Shown: positions 19,281-29,976 of the stretch, one piece after another | Layout of the letters: each line of letters starts with the position of its first letter | Position numbering within the stretch: position 1 is the first letter of the stretch | From: Candidatus Aceula meridiana | GTDB taxonomy: Bacteria > Omnitrophota > Gorgyraeia > Zapsychrales > Aceulaceae | Reading direction: 5' to 3' | Length of the DNA stretch: 64,000 nucleotides | NCBI GenBank assembly: GCA_030765185.1 | Contig: JAVCDE010000033.1 | Coordinates: forward strand, 74,957-138,956 | Position numbers and translations under genes: made by a program | Notes under the pieces: model-generated | What the model was told of the DNA's origin: nothing | Seen by the model: only the letters and a program-made list of their open reading frames with translations | The model's database searches: none

Positions 19281-19697
19281 TTATTCTCCTATAATTTTAA
19301 TCAATGTGCGTTTTTTGCGCCGTCCGTCGAATTCCCCGTAAAAAATCTGCTCCCACGGCCCAAAATCAAGCCTTCCGGCTGTTACAGCAACAACAACTTC
19401 ACGCCCCATCACTTGTCTTTTCAAGTGACCGTCGGCATTGTCCTCACCGGCATTATGACGATATTTTGAAACCGGCTCATGAGGAGCCAGTCCCTCTAGC
19501 CAGTCATCAAAATCTTGAATCAATCCTGACTCATCATCATTGATAAAAACGCTGGCAGTGATATGCATCGCGTTAACTAAACACAAACCTTCTTTAATCC
19601 CACTCTTATTAATAGCGGACTGAACCTTATTTGTGATATTGATATACTCACGGCGTGATTTTGTATCAAACCACAATTCTTCTTTATAGCTTTTCAT
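19281..19697 (-). CDS. yjbQ: YjbQ/UPF0047 family protein
   Basis: [30 protein letters not shown]. Confidence 0.9.
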   Translation of the reverse strand: MKSYKEELWFDTKSRREYINITNKVQSAINKSGIKEGLCLVNAMHITASVFINDDESGLIQDFDDWLEGLAPHEPVSKYRHNAGEDNADGHLKRQVMGREVVVAVTAGRLDFGPWEQIFYGEFDGRRKKRTLIKIIGE

Positions 19698-20100
19698 CTT
19701 CAGCCTTTACCTTCTTGCAATCCGGGGTTGTTAGCTTTCTAAAATATTCTTGAAAAGGCAAATAATAACGTAAATTCTTTAAATCATTATCTTTTTTTAA
19801 ATGATTAAAATCTTCATACCCTTTATCAATCGCTATTTGAATAACCGTAAAAGATTTATCGAGTTTTCCAACCAAGGAATAGCTACAAGCTAAATTATAT
19901 AACACCGTTGGGTCTTCTGGCCGAAGCTTAACAAGCCTTTGATCAGCCTTTAAGCCTTTCTCAAAAAACCCTTGTTTAGTATACAGATCGCCAAGCTTGA
20001 TGAGCGCTTCAACAAATTTCGGGGCCTTGTCGAGAACCCCTTCTAAAAAGAGGACTTCGAATTGTTCATTTTGCTCTGTCTTATCTTTTTGGTGTTTCAT
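19684..20100 (-). CDS. TPR protein (TPR end-of-group type)
   Basis: [22 protein letters not shown]. Confidence 0.8.
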   Translation of the reverse strand: MKHQKDKTEQNEQFEVLFLEGVLDKAPKFVEALIKLGDLYTKQGFFEKGLKADQRLVKLRPEDPTVLYNLACSYSLVGKLDKSFTVIQIAIDKGYEDFNHLKKDNDLKNLRYYLPFQEYFRKLTTPDCKKVKAEDEKL

Positions 20101-22490
20101 TGTTTTTCTAAAATAATGCTCTGTCGAATGTCCTTAGAAAGTTTTTCTAAGAGAATTTTATACGCTAAATAATCTGATGCCTCTATTCTCTCTTTTTTAA
20201 TGGTGTTCCTTTGCGTGAAGATAATCTTGTTCCCCACTTTTTCATAGGTATTTTCAAAAACAAACCAATCATTATTACTCACAACCGGTTGCGGCAAAGA
20301 TTTAATTCTATAAGATTTAGATAGATCAATCTCAAAAACACTTACACTCTTGTACGGAACAGAAAAATCAATCGGATACCTTCGGTTAGGCTTGGAAACC
20401 GTACTAAGCCCAATACTTCCTAGTTGCGGGATAACACGCATACTAGGACCAGCTTTAATAAAAAAGTCTGACCCCTCAAAATTATAAGAAAGAACAATGT
20501 TGTCTTTCATTTGCTCAAGATTCTTAATTTTATAATCTAAGAGTTTTGACCCTGGGATAATTTCTTGAATACGCTGCTGAAGTTTTTGTTTTACGAGAAT
20601 GGGCATGGTGTAGCGCAGCCATCCGCGTTGGGCTTGGTCAAAAATTCCCGAAGCCCTCACCTCTCTTGTCGCTGCAATTTCTTCATTCTCTTGAAAGCTT
20701 AAAACTGTTTTCTGGTTAATGGTATTTTGAATAGCAGAAAATTTTGGAATATCCATTAGCTGGGGCTTGTCCTTAAGACAGGTGAATACCTTGCGCCCCT
20801 GATCGCCGGCCGGTAAGTCCCCGAAGAGAACCGTCTCCCCCGTTGGATCCATAAAAATATATTCACCGTCAATTTCTGCCACAGCGATGCAATGATTAAA
20901 CATCAGCGTTGGAAAGTCTTCCTGAATCTTAGGAACACCTCTTGTCCCAATCAAAACAGGATAAGCGGTAACCCCAGCTTCTTTAAGCATGGCAATCAAC
21001 AAAATACTTTGATCTTTGCAGTCTCCGTATTTGTTAGCAAAAATTTCGGTCGCAAAATGCGGTTCATATCCAGCGGCACCGTATTCGATACCGACATAAC
21101 GAATATCTTTTGCACAAAAATTATAAATCTCTTTGGCTTTTTGTTTTAAAGACATTCTTTCGTCGGTCATTTCAGCAATTTTATCGCGCATGTCCTGATT
21201 GGCTTTAATTTTTTCTTTTGCCAAGGGCCACCACCAAGAATAAATTTCATCCCATGAGTTAAATGTAGTTAGTACCACTATAGGCGTTGACTCAGAAATA
21301 GGCGGCATTTTAGGTTCAGGAATAATTTGGTCTACATTCTCAAACTTCCAAGAATATGTCGTTTTGCCGTTTAGGGTCTCAACCTCAGGAGCCAAACTTA
21401 CTTCTTTATCATTAAATTCTTCGTTTAAATTCCTTTGATGAAGCTTCTGTCCTTGCGGCAAAACAATGCTAAACTCCGCGTGCTGAATAGGATTATCCGA
21501 CTCGAGAAAATATGTGCTGCGAAATTTGTCCTCAGCGATCATCTTGCTCCGGGACCCGCGAATCTTATATTCTAAAAATGACCCAATCGAAACCTCCGGC
21601 ATGGAAATAATTTTAACGCGGGCATTACTATAAAGAGGAAAATTTAAATACTTTGAAACATCGCGTATATGTTTATCACCGACTGAGATAACTTGTCCGT
21701 CAGGCTTAATCGTTCTTGCAAGCTCAACCTCAACTTTTTCATAAGTCGAATCATAGCTTGCTTGTACTTCGCCACTTCCCTTTCCTCGCTCATTTAAAAT
21801 CTTAATAAGATAGTGTTCGGTATATTCAATCGTGTTGTCGTCATTGACCTCAACCTTTTCCTTTAAATACAACACGATCGCTCCGGCCTGCGGAAAATCT
21901 TCTTGCGTCGGAGAATTTACAATAAGCTCTTTAATCTTTGGATCTATTCCATCTAAATTTGTGTTTTCCTTAAGGGCGTTGATTTTTTGTATACGGTCTT
22001 TAGCCCTTTCTTGAAATTCACCCGGCGTAATCTTGTTGTAAAGCTTAATGGCCTCAGTATGGAGATTGTGAATTTCGCAAGTTGCCGCATAATAAAAAAG
22101 ATACTCACTGTCTTGCTGCTCACCAACCTTCTCGAAAACGGTCAAGGCATCCGTATAATTACCGGACTTATAATAAGCAATCGCCAAAAGTTTTTTTGCC
22201 TCATCTTGGCCGCTCTTTATAAGATTCTCAATGGCGAGCTCATATTTACCATTTTCATAATACAGCTTCCCCAATTGATAATAAATTTTATCTTTTGAAG
22301 CAGGCTGAGTCTCAAGGGCTAAGCGATATCCATCTATCGCCTTTTGATAAAACTCATCTGACATTTGAGAAAAAACATTTGCATTTTCGACAGGAGACCC
22401 TTTGCTTGAAGGATCTTCTTTGCTCTGACAAGAACATAAAAATAAAACAACGAAACTAAAAATAATCACTTTATATTTTTGAACCATCAT
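20097..22490 (-). CDS. TPR + DUF3857 + transglutaminase-like lipoprotein
   Basis: Lipobox LCSC, TPRs, IRYV, GDCKD, FNHCI, MDPT. Confidence 0.88.
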   Translation of the reverse strand: MMVQKYKVIIFSFVVLFLCSCQSKEDPSSKGSPVENANVFSQMSDEFYQKAIDGYRLALETQPASKDKIYYQLGKLYYENGKYELAIENLIKSGQDEAKKLLAIAYYKSGNYTDALTVFEKVGEQQDSEYLFYYAATCEIHNLHTEAIKLYNKITPGEFQERAKDRIQKINALKENTNLDGIDPKIKELIVNSPTQEDFPQAGAIVLYLKEKVEVNDDNTIEYTEHYLIKILNERGKGSGEVQASYDSTYEKVEVELARTIKPDGQVISVGDKHIRDVSKYLNFPLYSNARVKIISMPEVSIGSFLEYKIRGSRSKMIAEDKFRSTYFLESDNPIQHAEFSIVLPQGQKLHQRNLNEEFNDKEVSLAPEVETLNGKTTYSWKFENVDQIIPEPKMPPISESTPIVVLTTFNSWDEIYSWWWPLAKEKIKANQDMRDKIAEMTDERMSLKQKAKEIYNFCAKDIRYVGIEYGAAGYEPHFATEIFANKYGDCKDQSILLIAMLKEAGVTAYPVLIGTRGVPKIQEDFPTLMFNHCIAVAEIDGEYIFMDPTGETVLFGDLPAGDQGRKVFTCLKDKPQLMDIPKFSAIQNTINQKTVLSFQENEEIAATREVRASGIFDQAQRGWLRYTMPILVKQKLQQRIQEIIPGSKLLDYKIKNLEQMKDNIVLSYNFEGSDFFIKAGPSMRVIPQLGSIGLSTVSKPNRRYPIDFSVPYKSVSVFEIDLSKSYRIKSLPQPVVSNNDWFVFENTYEKVGNKIIFTQRNTIKKERIEASDYLAYKILLEKLSKDIRQSIILEKQ

Positions 22491-22533
22491 GCCCTCTCTT
22501 TAAAATTTATGGACTCTTTGCAAGGAAGGAACT

Positions 22534-23691
22534 TTACTTCGCCAAATATTGTTCTATGCGCAGCATTGCTTCTTTAAGATTCTCAAAGCTCGAAGCATAG
22601 GAAATTCTGATATAACCTTCAACCGAGGGACCAAAAGCGACCCCGGGGACCAAAGCCACTTTCTTCTTTTTCAATAAATCCTGAGCAAAATTAAGAGAGC
22701 TCTGCTTTGTCTTTTTAATCGATGGAAAGACATAAAAAGCTCCTTGGGGCATATGGCAATCAAGACCGATCTCATTTAAACGGCTAACGACAAAACGTCG
22801 ACGACGCATATACTCTTTTTTCATTGATTGAACATCTTTAAGGCCGCTGCGCAAAGCCTCAACAGCTGCCATCTGGCTAATAATAGGAGCACAAAGCATC
22901 GTGTATTGATGAATCTTTGTCATGCCGGCAATAATTTTTTCTGGGCCGCAAACCCATCCTAAGCGGAAACCAGTCATCGCATAGCCCTTAGAAAAACCAT
23001 TCAGATAAATAACGTAATCTTTCATCCCGGGAAAGCTTGATAGCGGGGTATGGTCAAAATCATAGGTTAACTCATCGTAAACTTCGTCGCTGATAACAAT
23101 AAGATTTTTCTTCTTAACGACCTTGGCAATTTCTCGAAGCTCCTTCTTTGTATAAGAAGCCCCCGTAGGATTACAAGGATAATTAATCATCAAAGCCTTA
23201 ACGCCTTTTGTGCAAGCTTTTTCAATTTGTTTTGGCGAAAGTTTAAACTCATTTTTGATGTCTGTTTTAAGAAAAACAGGTTTCCCGCCAGCAAGTTCAA
23301 CGACCGGTCCATAGGAAACATAACATGGCTCAGGAATAAGCACCTTATCACCTGGGTTTAAAATAGCCCGCACAGCCAAATCAAGCCCCTCGCTAACACC
23401 AACGGTAATGAGCGTTTCGTTATCAAAATGATAATTTAGCCCATAGCGATGATATAAAAAGTTAACGATTGCCTTTCTTAACTCAGCCATTCCTTTATTA
23501 GAAGTATAGGATGTATATCCCTGCTCGATAGAATAAATTGCTTTCTCACGAATTCCCCACGGGGTGACAAAGTCCGGCTCTCCCACGCCTAAAGAGATAA
23601 CATCTTTCATGTTAAGGACAAGATCAAAAAAGGCGCGAATGCCGGAAGGTTTTAATTGGTCAACTTTTTTTGCGATTTTCATATTCTTCAC
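22534..23691 (-). CDS. Class I/II aminotransferase (YugH/AlaT-like)
   Basis: PSGIR.FFD, GEPDF, NPTG, DEVY, SKGYAMTGFRLG, paired with an Lrp regulator. Confidence 0.92.
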   Translation of the reverse strand: MKNMKIAKKVDQLKPSGIRAFFDLVLNMKDVISLGVGEPDFVTPWGIREKAIYSIEQGYTSYTSNKGMAELRKAIVNFLYHRYGLNYHFDNETLITVGVSEGLDLAVRAILNPGDKVLIPEPCYVSYGPVVELAGGKPVFLKTDIKNEFKLSPKQIEKACTKGVKALMINYPCNPTGASYTKKELREIAKVVKKKNLIVISDEVYDELTYDFDHTPLSSFPGMKDYVIYLNGFSKGYAMTGFRLGWVCGPEKIIAGMTKIHQYTMLCAPIISQMAAVEALRSGLKDVQSMKKEYMRRRRFVVSRLNEIGLDCHMPQGAFYVFPSIKKTKQSSLNFAQDLLKKKKVALVPGVAFGPSVEGYIRISYASSFENLKEAMLRIEQYLAK

Positions 23692-23828
23692 TCTTTGTTT
23701 TATATTAGCTCAGAAAAATTCGTTTTAATTGTAAGCTAGAAAAGTTAAAAACACGACCCATTTGCTGCATTCGGTCGCTATCAACCTGGGTAGCCCTCTA
23801 GCCGCAACAAATTGCGATTTAGATTGGG

Positions 23829-24314
23829 CTAATAAGAAATATTTAATCTTTGCTTGCGTTTCGATTTCTTTAAGACATGTCCGTCTTCTTTATATTTCTT
23901 AAGAAGGAAATGCGTCACAGTGACACGGACATTTGGCATAGGTGAAAGCTTTGAGGCAACAAAATTGGAAACAGTCTGGATGTTTTCTCCTTCAATCTCG
24001 AGAAGAAGATCATACGTCCCTGACATCAAATAACAGCTTCTCACCTCTGGAAAACTATAAATTCTTTCAGCCACATAATCAAAACCAACATCCTTTTGAG
24101 GAGTAATGCTAACCTCGATAAGTGCCCGCACAAAGGAGTTGACATCTTTCGCTAAATCCTTATTTATCACTGTCTTATACTTAACAATGATGCCATCTTT
24201 TTCATATTTCTTAATGGCTTTTTTAACAGACGTTGCACTCTGTCCTGTTAATTTTGCAATTTCGACAGGACTAACACGTGCATCTTTTTCTAAAATTTCT
24301 AGAATTTCGTTCAT
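23829..24314 (-). CDS. Lrp/AsnC family regulator (YugG/AlaR-like)
   Basis: N-terminal HTH, YLMSGTYDL, THFLLKKYKEDG. Confidence 0.92.
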   Translation of the reverse strand: MNEILEILEKDARVSPVEIAKLTGQSATSVKKAIKKYEKDGIIVKYKTVINKDLAKDVNSFVRALIEVSITPQKDVGFDYVAERIYSFPEVRSCYLMSGTYDLLLEIEGENIQTVSNFVASKLSPMPNVRVTVTHFLLKKYKEDGHVLKKSKRKQRLNISY

Positions 24315-24450
24315 ATTCTTCTCCTCTTATATTAAATTTAGGCAATAAATATTAATAAATATCTGATTAATCGTATTATATATGCAGCCATTTTATACTA
24401 TTTTAAAGGTCAAATCAAATGAATTGAACGATTAACGCCTTTTTATAATT

Positions 24451-26112
24451 TTAGTCATCTTTAAGAATATCCGGAGTCTTAAAAAGGTCTTGGCGGGGAG
24501 GCGGAAGATTGGAAAAAGCCGGGCTTGGAGTAAGGGCTGCGCCTGTCATAGCCTTTGGCGAATAATCTGATTCGCCCTTGTGGTACATGATATTTTCTAA
24601 AGTCTCTTTTTCTTTTTTTATCTTATCGATGTCTACCTGGGCGGCTAAAACCTGATGTGTTAAAGATAAGTTCTGAAATTGTGCATCCTCAAGCTGTTTT
24701 TGAGCTTTACGCTCAGCCCTAGCGATAATAGCTTCTTTTTTCTGATCAATGCGGCCAGCCTCTATCTTTATCTCTCGAATTCTTTCATCAATCTCTTCTT
24801 GTGTAAAAATACCCTCTTTCTGCTTGATTAAAACAAAGTCATCAAACTGCAAAGACTTTTTTCCTAAGACGTCAGCCTCTCCCAAAAGAAGTTGTTTCTC
24901 GGCAATTAAATCTGTTTTAGCAGAATCAAGTTGCTGATTATATTTTTGATAAGACAAAACGCTATCTGCAAGCAAACGGACAAGACTTCTATCTTTTTGC
25001 TTTAAAAGATCAGCCTGACTTTCTAGCTCGTTGATATTCTCCTTAAGCTTCTGCGCCTCTTGAGTTAAAAAATCGTTCTTATCTTGAAGGGCTTGTTTAT
25101 CTCCAGACAGTCTCCTTTTCATCTTTAAAAGCTGGTCATATGCTTGGGCGACTTTTTCTTCGATCCATTGAACTTCTTCAGCGATTTCTTGATTTTCCTG
25201 TCGCAACGGTTTCATCTCTTCAGAAATAACAGCTTGAGCCTCTTTGACAAGAAGTTCTTTTTGGCGCTCTTGCTCCTCAATATCTGATTCAAGCAGCTGA
25301 ATTTGATTCTCAACAAGATATTTTTTCTGAAATTCTTTTTCCTTCTCCTGATCTATCAAGATCTTTGCGAAAAAATTCTCTTCCTTAAGCTCATTGGTGT
25401 CTTGAGTGTGCATCTGGTAAACGCTTAGCGTTTCAGAAAACTCAACGGCAGCCTCTTTCTTTTTCTTCTCAGCGTCTCGGATACTCTCCTGCAATATCGC
25501 GAGAAGCTCGCGACTGCTATCAATATTGTCTTGTAACGGCTGATTTTCTAAAAGAGTATCCTCAATTTCTTTTTGCAGCTCCGCAACATGTTCATTTAAA
25601 AGAGCGAGTTTTGCCTCGTCTCCAATGCCCCCTTTTTGAATCTTCACGTCAAAATCTTGGGCAGAAGAGATAAGCTCTTCCTGGCGCTTACGCAACTTGT
25701 CTTCTTTTTCTTGAGTCTTTTCTGCCCTTTTCTTAAACCGATCATATTTCTTTGCAGCAGTGCTTAAACCCTTTTCTAAATTCTTTATGCCTTTTTCGAG
25801 TTCCTTTTGATATCCGTTCTTATCTCGAATGAGGCGTTGATATTCTTGAGGAGCGCCTTTAAGCTCATCAAGATTTTTCGTAAGCTTATCAACATTTTGC
25901 CTTAATTCTAAAAGCTCTTTTTGCAGAGTGCGATTTTGCATTAGGAGGTCGTCGTTTTTATCAAGCAGCGGAACAGCTTTTTGCTTTAAAGAAAAAACAC
26001 TTTGATCAAGCCCTTGGGCTAAGGCAGGACGGGAAAAGAAGAAAAAACAAATTAGGAGGCAAATACTAATAAAAATAATTCTTTTAGTATTAAATGTCAT
26101 TGATTCTTTCAT
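24451..26112 (-). CDS. Exported or membrane-anchored long coiled-coil protein
   Basis: Signal-like hydrophobic segment ending PALA, then about 470 aa of heptad-rich E/K/Q/L sequence. Start probably ATG 26112. Confidence 0.75.
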   Translation of the reverse strand: MKESMTFNTKRIIFISICLLICFFFFSRPALAQGLDQSVFSLKQKAVPLLDKNDDLLMQNRTLQKELLELRQNVDKLTKNLDELKGAPQEYQRLIRDKNGYQKELEKGIKNLEKGLSTAAKKYDRFKKRAEKTQEKEDKLRKRQEELISSAQDFDVKIQKGGIGDEAKLALLNEHVAELQKEIEDTLLENQPLQDNIDSSRELLAILQESIRDAEKKKKEAAVEFSETLSVYQMHTQDTNELKEENFFAKILIDQEKEKEFQKKYLVENQIQLLESDIEEQERQKELLVKEAQAVISEEMKPLRQENQEIAEEVQWIEEKVAQAYDQLLKMKRRLSGDKQALQDKNDFLTQEAQKLKENINELESQADLLKQKDRSLVRLLADSVLSYQKYNQQLDSAKTDLIAEKQLLLGEADVLGKKSLQFDDFVLIKQKEGIFTQEEIDERIREIKIEAGRIDQKKEAIIARAERKAQKQLEDAQFQNLSLTHQVLAAQVDIDKIKKEKETLENIMYHKGESDYSPKAMTGAALTPSPAFSNLPPPRQDLFKTPDILKDD

Positions 26113-26164
26113 AAATTTATTATATCGGCTTTTAAAGGGGCAGCAAACAAAAACAAACTTTTCC

Positions 26165-27022
26165 TTAAGTCTTAAACGTACCTCTTGACGATAGGTCATT
26201 TTTAACATAATCCTGATACGCTTTGCAAAACTGTTTTGTTAGCGGGCCGACCTTACCGCTTCCGACAGGTTTCCCTTGGGCAAAGGTAAGCGGCATAATC
26301 TCAACAAGAGAATTAGTTAAAAAAGCTTCATCAGCCTCTAGAAGAGACTCCGGCGTTGCCATAACTTGCTTACACTTAATTTCTTTAAGACGGGCAATCT
26401 TTAAAATAATCTGACGCGTAATGCCTTTTAAACATCCGCATCGAAGCGATGGCGTATAAAGAACATTATTCTTGATAAAGAAAATATTCGTCTTGCTACC
26501 TTCTGTGATAAAACCGCGTCTGTTTAAAAGAATAGCCTCATCTGCCCCCCGTGCTTTTGCCTTGCGTTGAGCCATCAAAAGCGGAAGATAATTCACCGAC
26601 TTAATGCGAGATGTTACCGCCTTCTCATCCCGGCGAATATCAGAAAAAAGAACTTTGAACCCTTGAGTATATTTCCGTTTAGAAAAAGGCTTGTAAGAAA
26701 AAGCAGCGATCGAAATGCGCATACGTCCCTTTCCCTGCCAAACCATTAATCTCAGGCGTGCATTCTTTACTTTGTTGGTCGTCAAAGACTTCTGAAGATA
26801 CGACTTCATCTCTTGTTTTGAACAAGGACTTTGAAGGTCAATTTTTTTTAACCCCTGAAATAAACGCTGAAGATGCTCATCGATAGAAAAAATTTTTCCA
26901 CTATAGGCGCGCATGGTTTCAAAAACGCCTTGGCCCGATAAAATCCCAGGAGAAATTGTTTTCGATAGCGCGTCCGTTACAGGGATCATGAAACCATCTA
27001 AGAAAATAACTTTTTTTTCCAT
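26165..27022 (-). CDS. Class IV aminotransferase / 4-amino-4-deoxychorismate lyase-like
   Basis: GVFETMR, HLQRL, KSVNY, EGSKTN, LKGITR, FLTNS, directly downstream of pabB. Confidence 0.88.
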   Translation of the reverse strand: MEKKVIFLDGFMIPVTDALSKTISPGILSGQGVFETMRAYSGKIFSIDEHLQRLFQGLKKIDLQSPCSKQEMKSYLQKSLTTNKVKNARLRLMVWQGKGRMRISIAAFSYKPFSKRKYTQGFKVLFSDIRRDEKAVTSRIKSVNYLPLLMAQRKAKARGADEAILLNRRGFITEGSKTNIFFIKNNVLYTPSLRCGCLKGITRQIILKIARLKEIKCKQVMATPESLLEADEAFLTNSLVEIMPLTFAQGKPVGSGKVGPLTKQFCKAYQDYVKNDLSSRGTFKT

Positions 27023-27023
27023 T

Positions 27024-28442
27024 TTAAACTTTAATCTTCTTTAAGAATGTTTGTTGTATTGCCCTGCGCAAGGCTTTAGCCTTTACCAAAGTTTCTTCAT
27101 ATTCCCTCTCCGGAACAGAATCTGCAACAATGCCGCCCCCGGCATGGAAAAAAATTTGATTGTCTTTTTTAACAAGCGTGCGAATAAGAATATTGAAATC
27201 CATATCCCCGTTAAAACCAATATATCCTAAAGAACCAGTATAGGGCCCACGTCGAGTCTGTTCGATTTGGTCGATAATTTGCATAGACCTAATCTTAGGG
27301 CATCCGGTTACAGAACCAGAGGGAAAACAAGCTTTTATCAAATCAAACAAGCCCTTATCTTTGCGTAAATTTCCCTCAACAACGGATATTGTCTGAAATA
27401 CCGTTGCGTATTCTTCTAATGTGCGCATCGACTGAACACCAACAGACCCATAGTCGCAAACCCGTCCTAAATCATTGCGCTCAAGGTCTGTCACCATCAA
27501 AAGCTCTGCTCTTTCCTTAGCACTTGTCAAAAGCTCATTCTTCATAATTTCATCTTCAATAATGTCTTTTCCCCTGGGGCGCGTGCCTTTCATCGGGCAA
27601 GTGTAGACATGATTATCTTTAAGACGCAAGAATTCCTCAGGCGAATGGCTAATAATCTGAAAATCTTGAGCATCAAAATATGCTCCAAAATTCGCTGGAG
27701 ATAGCGTGCTAAGTGTTTGATACAATTCAAAGGGCTTGGCTTGAAAATCAAACCGATTTTCAAAAAGAAACCGCTGAGACAAATTAACTTGATAGATATC
27801 GCCTTGTGCAATATGTCCCAAAACTTTTTCAACAGCATGGACATACTTGCTTCGCGTAAAATTATTTTGAAAAGAAATTTCAGAATCGTCTTCTGTCTTA
27901 GACCAATCTATATTTTGAAATAAGTCCTTTGGTTGAGGTGAATATCTATCAAGGCACTTAGCAATATCGTCTATTTTTGCTTTAGCATTTCTTTTCGCCA
28001 AGGCAGGATTTCTTTCAGGGAGTCCTGTAGCCACAACATAAAGTTTTCGCAAAAGATGGTCCAAAACAATGATACCGTCATAAAAACCAAAAAAACAATC
28101 CGGCAAGCTAAAATCATTACTTCCGCACGGCACAATGCCTTCAAGACTTAGACCTAAATCATACCCTAAAAACCCAACAAGCCCGCCTGCAAAAGGTGTA
28201 GGGCTATTTTTAAAATCTACCTGATACGGTTGATAGCGGCCTGCAAGCTTATAAAGAGAATCTTTTCCTGATGCAGAAAAAATTTCAAAAGGCTCAAAGC
28301 CAATAAAAGAAAAACGTCCACGCACACCTTTTTTCAGGCTGCTGTCCAAAAGAAAAGGATAACTCTTTTCGGAAAAAAGCGTAAAAATATCCGCTGCATT
28401 TCCCGTAAAATCAAAAACCTTATAAAAAACTTCATGGCTCAA
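27024..28442 (-). CDS. pabB: Aminodeoxychorismate synthase component I
   Basis: GDIYQVNLSQR, SPE, PMKGTRPR, KERAEL.M.TDLERNDLG, FPSGSVTG.PK. Confidence 0.88.
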   Translation of the reverse strand: MSHEVFYKVFDFTGNAADIFTLFSEKSYPFLLDSSLKKGVRGRFSFIGFEPFEIFSASGKDSLYKLAGRYQPYQVDFKNSPTPFAGGLVGFLGYDLGLSLEGIVPCGSNDFSLPDCFFGFYDGIIVLDHLLRKLYVVATGLPERNPALAKRNAKAKIDDIAKCLDRYSPQPKDLFQNIDWSKTEDDSEISFQNNFTRSKYVHAVEKVLGHIAQGDIYQVNLSQRFLFENRFDFQAKPFELYQTLSTLSPANFGAYFDAQDFQIISHSPEEFLRLKDNHVYTCPMKGTRPRGKDIIEDEIMKNELLTSAKERAELLMVTDLERNDLGRVCDYGSVGVQSMRTLEEYATVFQTISVVEGNLRKDKGLFDLIKACFPSGSVTGCPKIRSMQIIDQIEQTRRGPYTGSLGYIGFNGDMDFNILIRTLVKKDNQIFFHAGGGIVADSVPEREYEETLVKAKALRRAIQQTFLKKIKV

Positions 28443-28996
28443 AGGGACAGCTCCTTAATCATATTTTTTTCGTCAGCCATTTTTATCAAACGTTTAAAAA
28501 CTTCAAAAGTCATCTGAACATCTGCCATCGCACGATGCGTTTGGTTTTCTTCGATGCCTAAGGCGTCGGCGACACGCCACAGAGGATAACGCCCTAAGCC
28601 TGGCATTACTTTTTTTGCCAAAGAAATAGTATCGACAGAGGCAAATTCTTTCTCTAGAGACAGTCCTGCCAAATCTACCTCATTATACAAAAATCCTAAA
28701 TCAAATCTGATGTTGTGCCCAACAATGGTCGCGTCAGATAAAAAATCAAGGAATCCCGGTAAAATTTGAGATGCCTTTGGTGCCCCAGAAAGCATTCCGG
28801 GGCTAATGCGGTTTACCTCAAAAGCGCCCGAGGAAATCGGTCGCATAGGATCTACAAGAGTCTGAAATTGATCAATCGTCTCTAAATTTCTTGTCTTGAC
28901 CGCGGCAAGCTCAACAATCCTGTCTCCGGAAGCAGGCGATAACCCCGTCGTCTCAACGTCAAAGATAACAAATTCTTTATCTAAAAAACTTTCCAT
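28439..28996 (-). CDS. DEDDh 3'-5' exonuclease (DnaQ-like)
   Basis: DVETTG, HNIRFD, HRAMAD. Confidence 0.92.
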   Translation of the reverse strand: MESFLDKEFVIFDVETTGLSPASGDRIVELAAVKTRNLETIDQFQTLVDPMRPISSGAFEVNRISPGMLSGAPKASQILPGFLDFLSDATIVGHNIRFDLGFLYNEVDLAGLSLEKEFASVDTISLAKKVMPGLGRYPLWRVADALGIEENQTHRAMADVQMTFEVFKRLIKMADEKNMIKELSL

Positions 28997-29000
28997 AAAC

Positions 29001-29420
29001 TTATTCTCCTATAAATTGCAAAACAATTTCACGCTTGCGAGCGCGGTTATCAAAATCTAAAAAAATAATTTGCTGCCAAGTGCCTAAAATAAGCTTGACC
29101 TTATCAAAAGGAATTGTCAAAGATGGGCCAACTAAAGAAGCCCTTAAACGCGAATGGCCATTTCCGTCGCCCCAGGCTTGATCGTGATGATAATTCCCTT
29201 TTGGGATTAATTTCTGGAAAATCTCTTTAAGGTCTTTTTCAAGACCCGGTTCAAACTCGCAGGTCGTCAAGGCTCCTGTCGAGCCGATAACGCTTATTGT
29301 CACAATGCCTTTTTTTAGTTTTGTTTTATCAAGCGAAAATTGAACATCAGAAGTGATGTCAAGAATATCCGTATTTCCTTGGGTGGAAAAATGTAAATAC
29401 TCGGTAATAACAGCCATCAA
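29001..29420 (-). CDS. YjbQ/UPF0047 family protein (second paralog)
   Basis: GSTGALTT.E.EPGL, YHHD, GNGHS, LGTWQQI..DFDNR. Confidence 0.88.
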   Translation of the reverse strand: MMAVITEYLHFSTQGNTDILDITSDVQFSLDKTKLKKGIVTISVIGSTGALTTCEFEPGLEKDLKEIFQKLIPKGNYHHDQAWGDGNGHSRLRASLVGPSLTIPFDKVKLILGTWQQIIFLDFDNRARKREIVLQFIGE

Positions 29421-29491
29421 TGAACTCCGATCTTGCAGAATCCGCTATTGTCTTATCGCGAATGACATAAATTTATCGCGCGAGTTTACCC

Positions 29492-29812
29492 CTACTTAAC
29501 TTTGCTGCCAAGCTTAATATTTTTATCAGGAGTTAGGACAGAGATGCCATTTTCATCTGAAGCAGCTAAGAGCATGCCGTTTGATTCTTCTCCGCGCAAA
29601 ACAACCGGCTCAAGATTATTGACAACCACAATTTTCCGTCCTAAAAGTGCTTCCTTGGCATAAGAGCCACGAATGCCGGCTACAATTTGCTTTTCTTCTT
29701 TTCCTGTATCAATCTTAAGAACATAGAGCTTATCTGCGTTGGGGTGGTCTTTAACTTCCTTAATTTGAGCCACAACAAACTCAAGCTTCTGAAAATCCTG
29801 AATTGTTATCAT
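29492..29812 (-). CDS. tRNA-binding OB-fold protein (MetRS C-terminal/Trbp111-like)
   Basis: ITIQDF.K, HPNADKL, QIVAGI, NLEP..LRG.ES.GMLLA. Confidence 0.9.
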   Translation of the reverse strand: MITIQDFQKLEFVVAQIKEVKDHPNADKLYVLKIDTGKEEKQIVAGIRGSYAKEALLGRKIVVVNNLEPVVLRGEESNGMLLAASDENGISVLTPDKNIKLGSKVK

Positions 29813-29842
29813 TTGCTTCTTTTTCCTTTCTTAAAGAGCACA

Positions 29843-29976
29843 TAGCTTGCGAGGCTGAAGGGAACGCCAAGTTATCTGTGCAAGTTAATACTTTTCATTT
29901 TCAATGAAAAGTATAAATTTATCTCTCCAGTATATAAATGAGGATGTAGTTTACGAAACGGAGTGCTCGCAAGCTA
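29843..29976. repeat. 134-bp element with perfect 11-bp terminal inverted repeat and internal hairpin
   Basis: TAGCTTGCGAG...CTCGCAAGCTA, internal ATACTTTTCATT/AATGAAAAGTAT. Confidence 0.55.
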
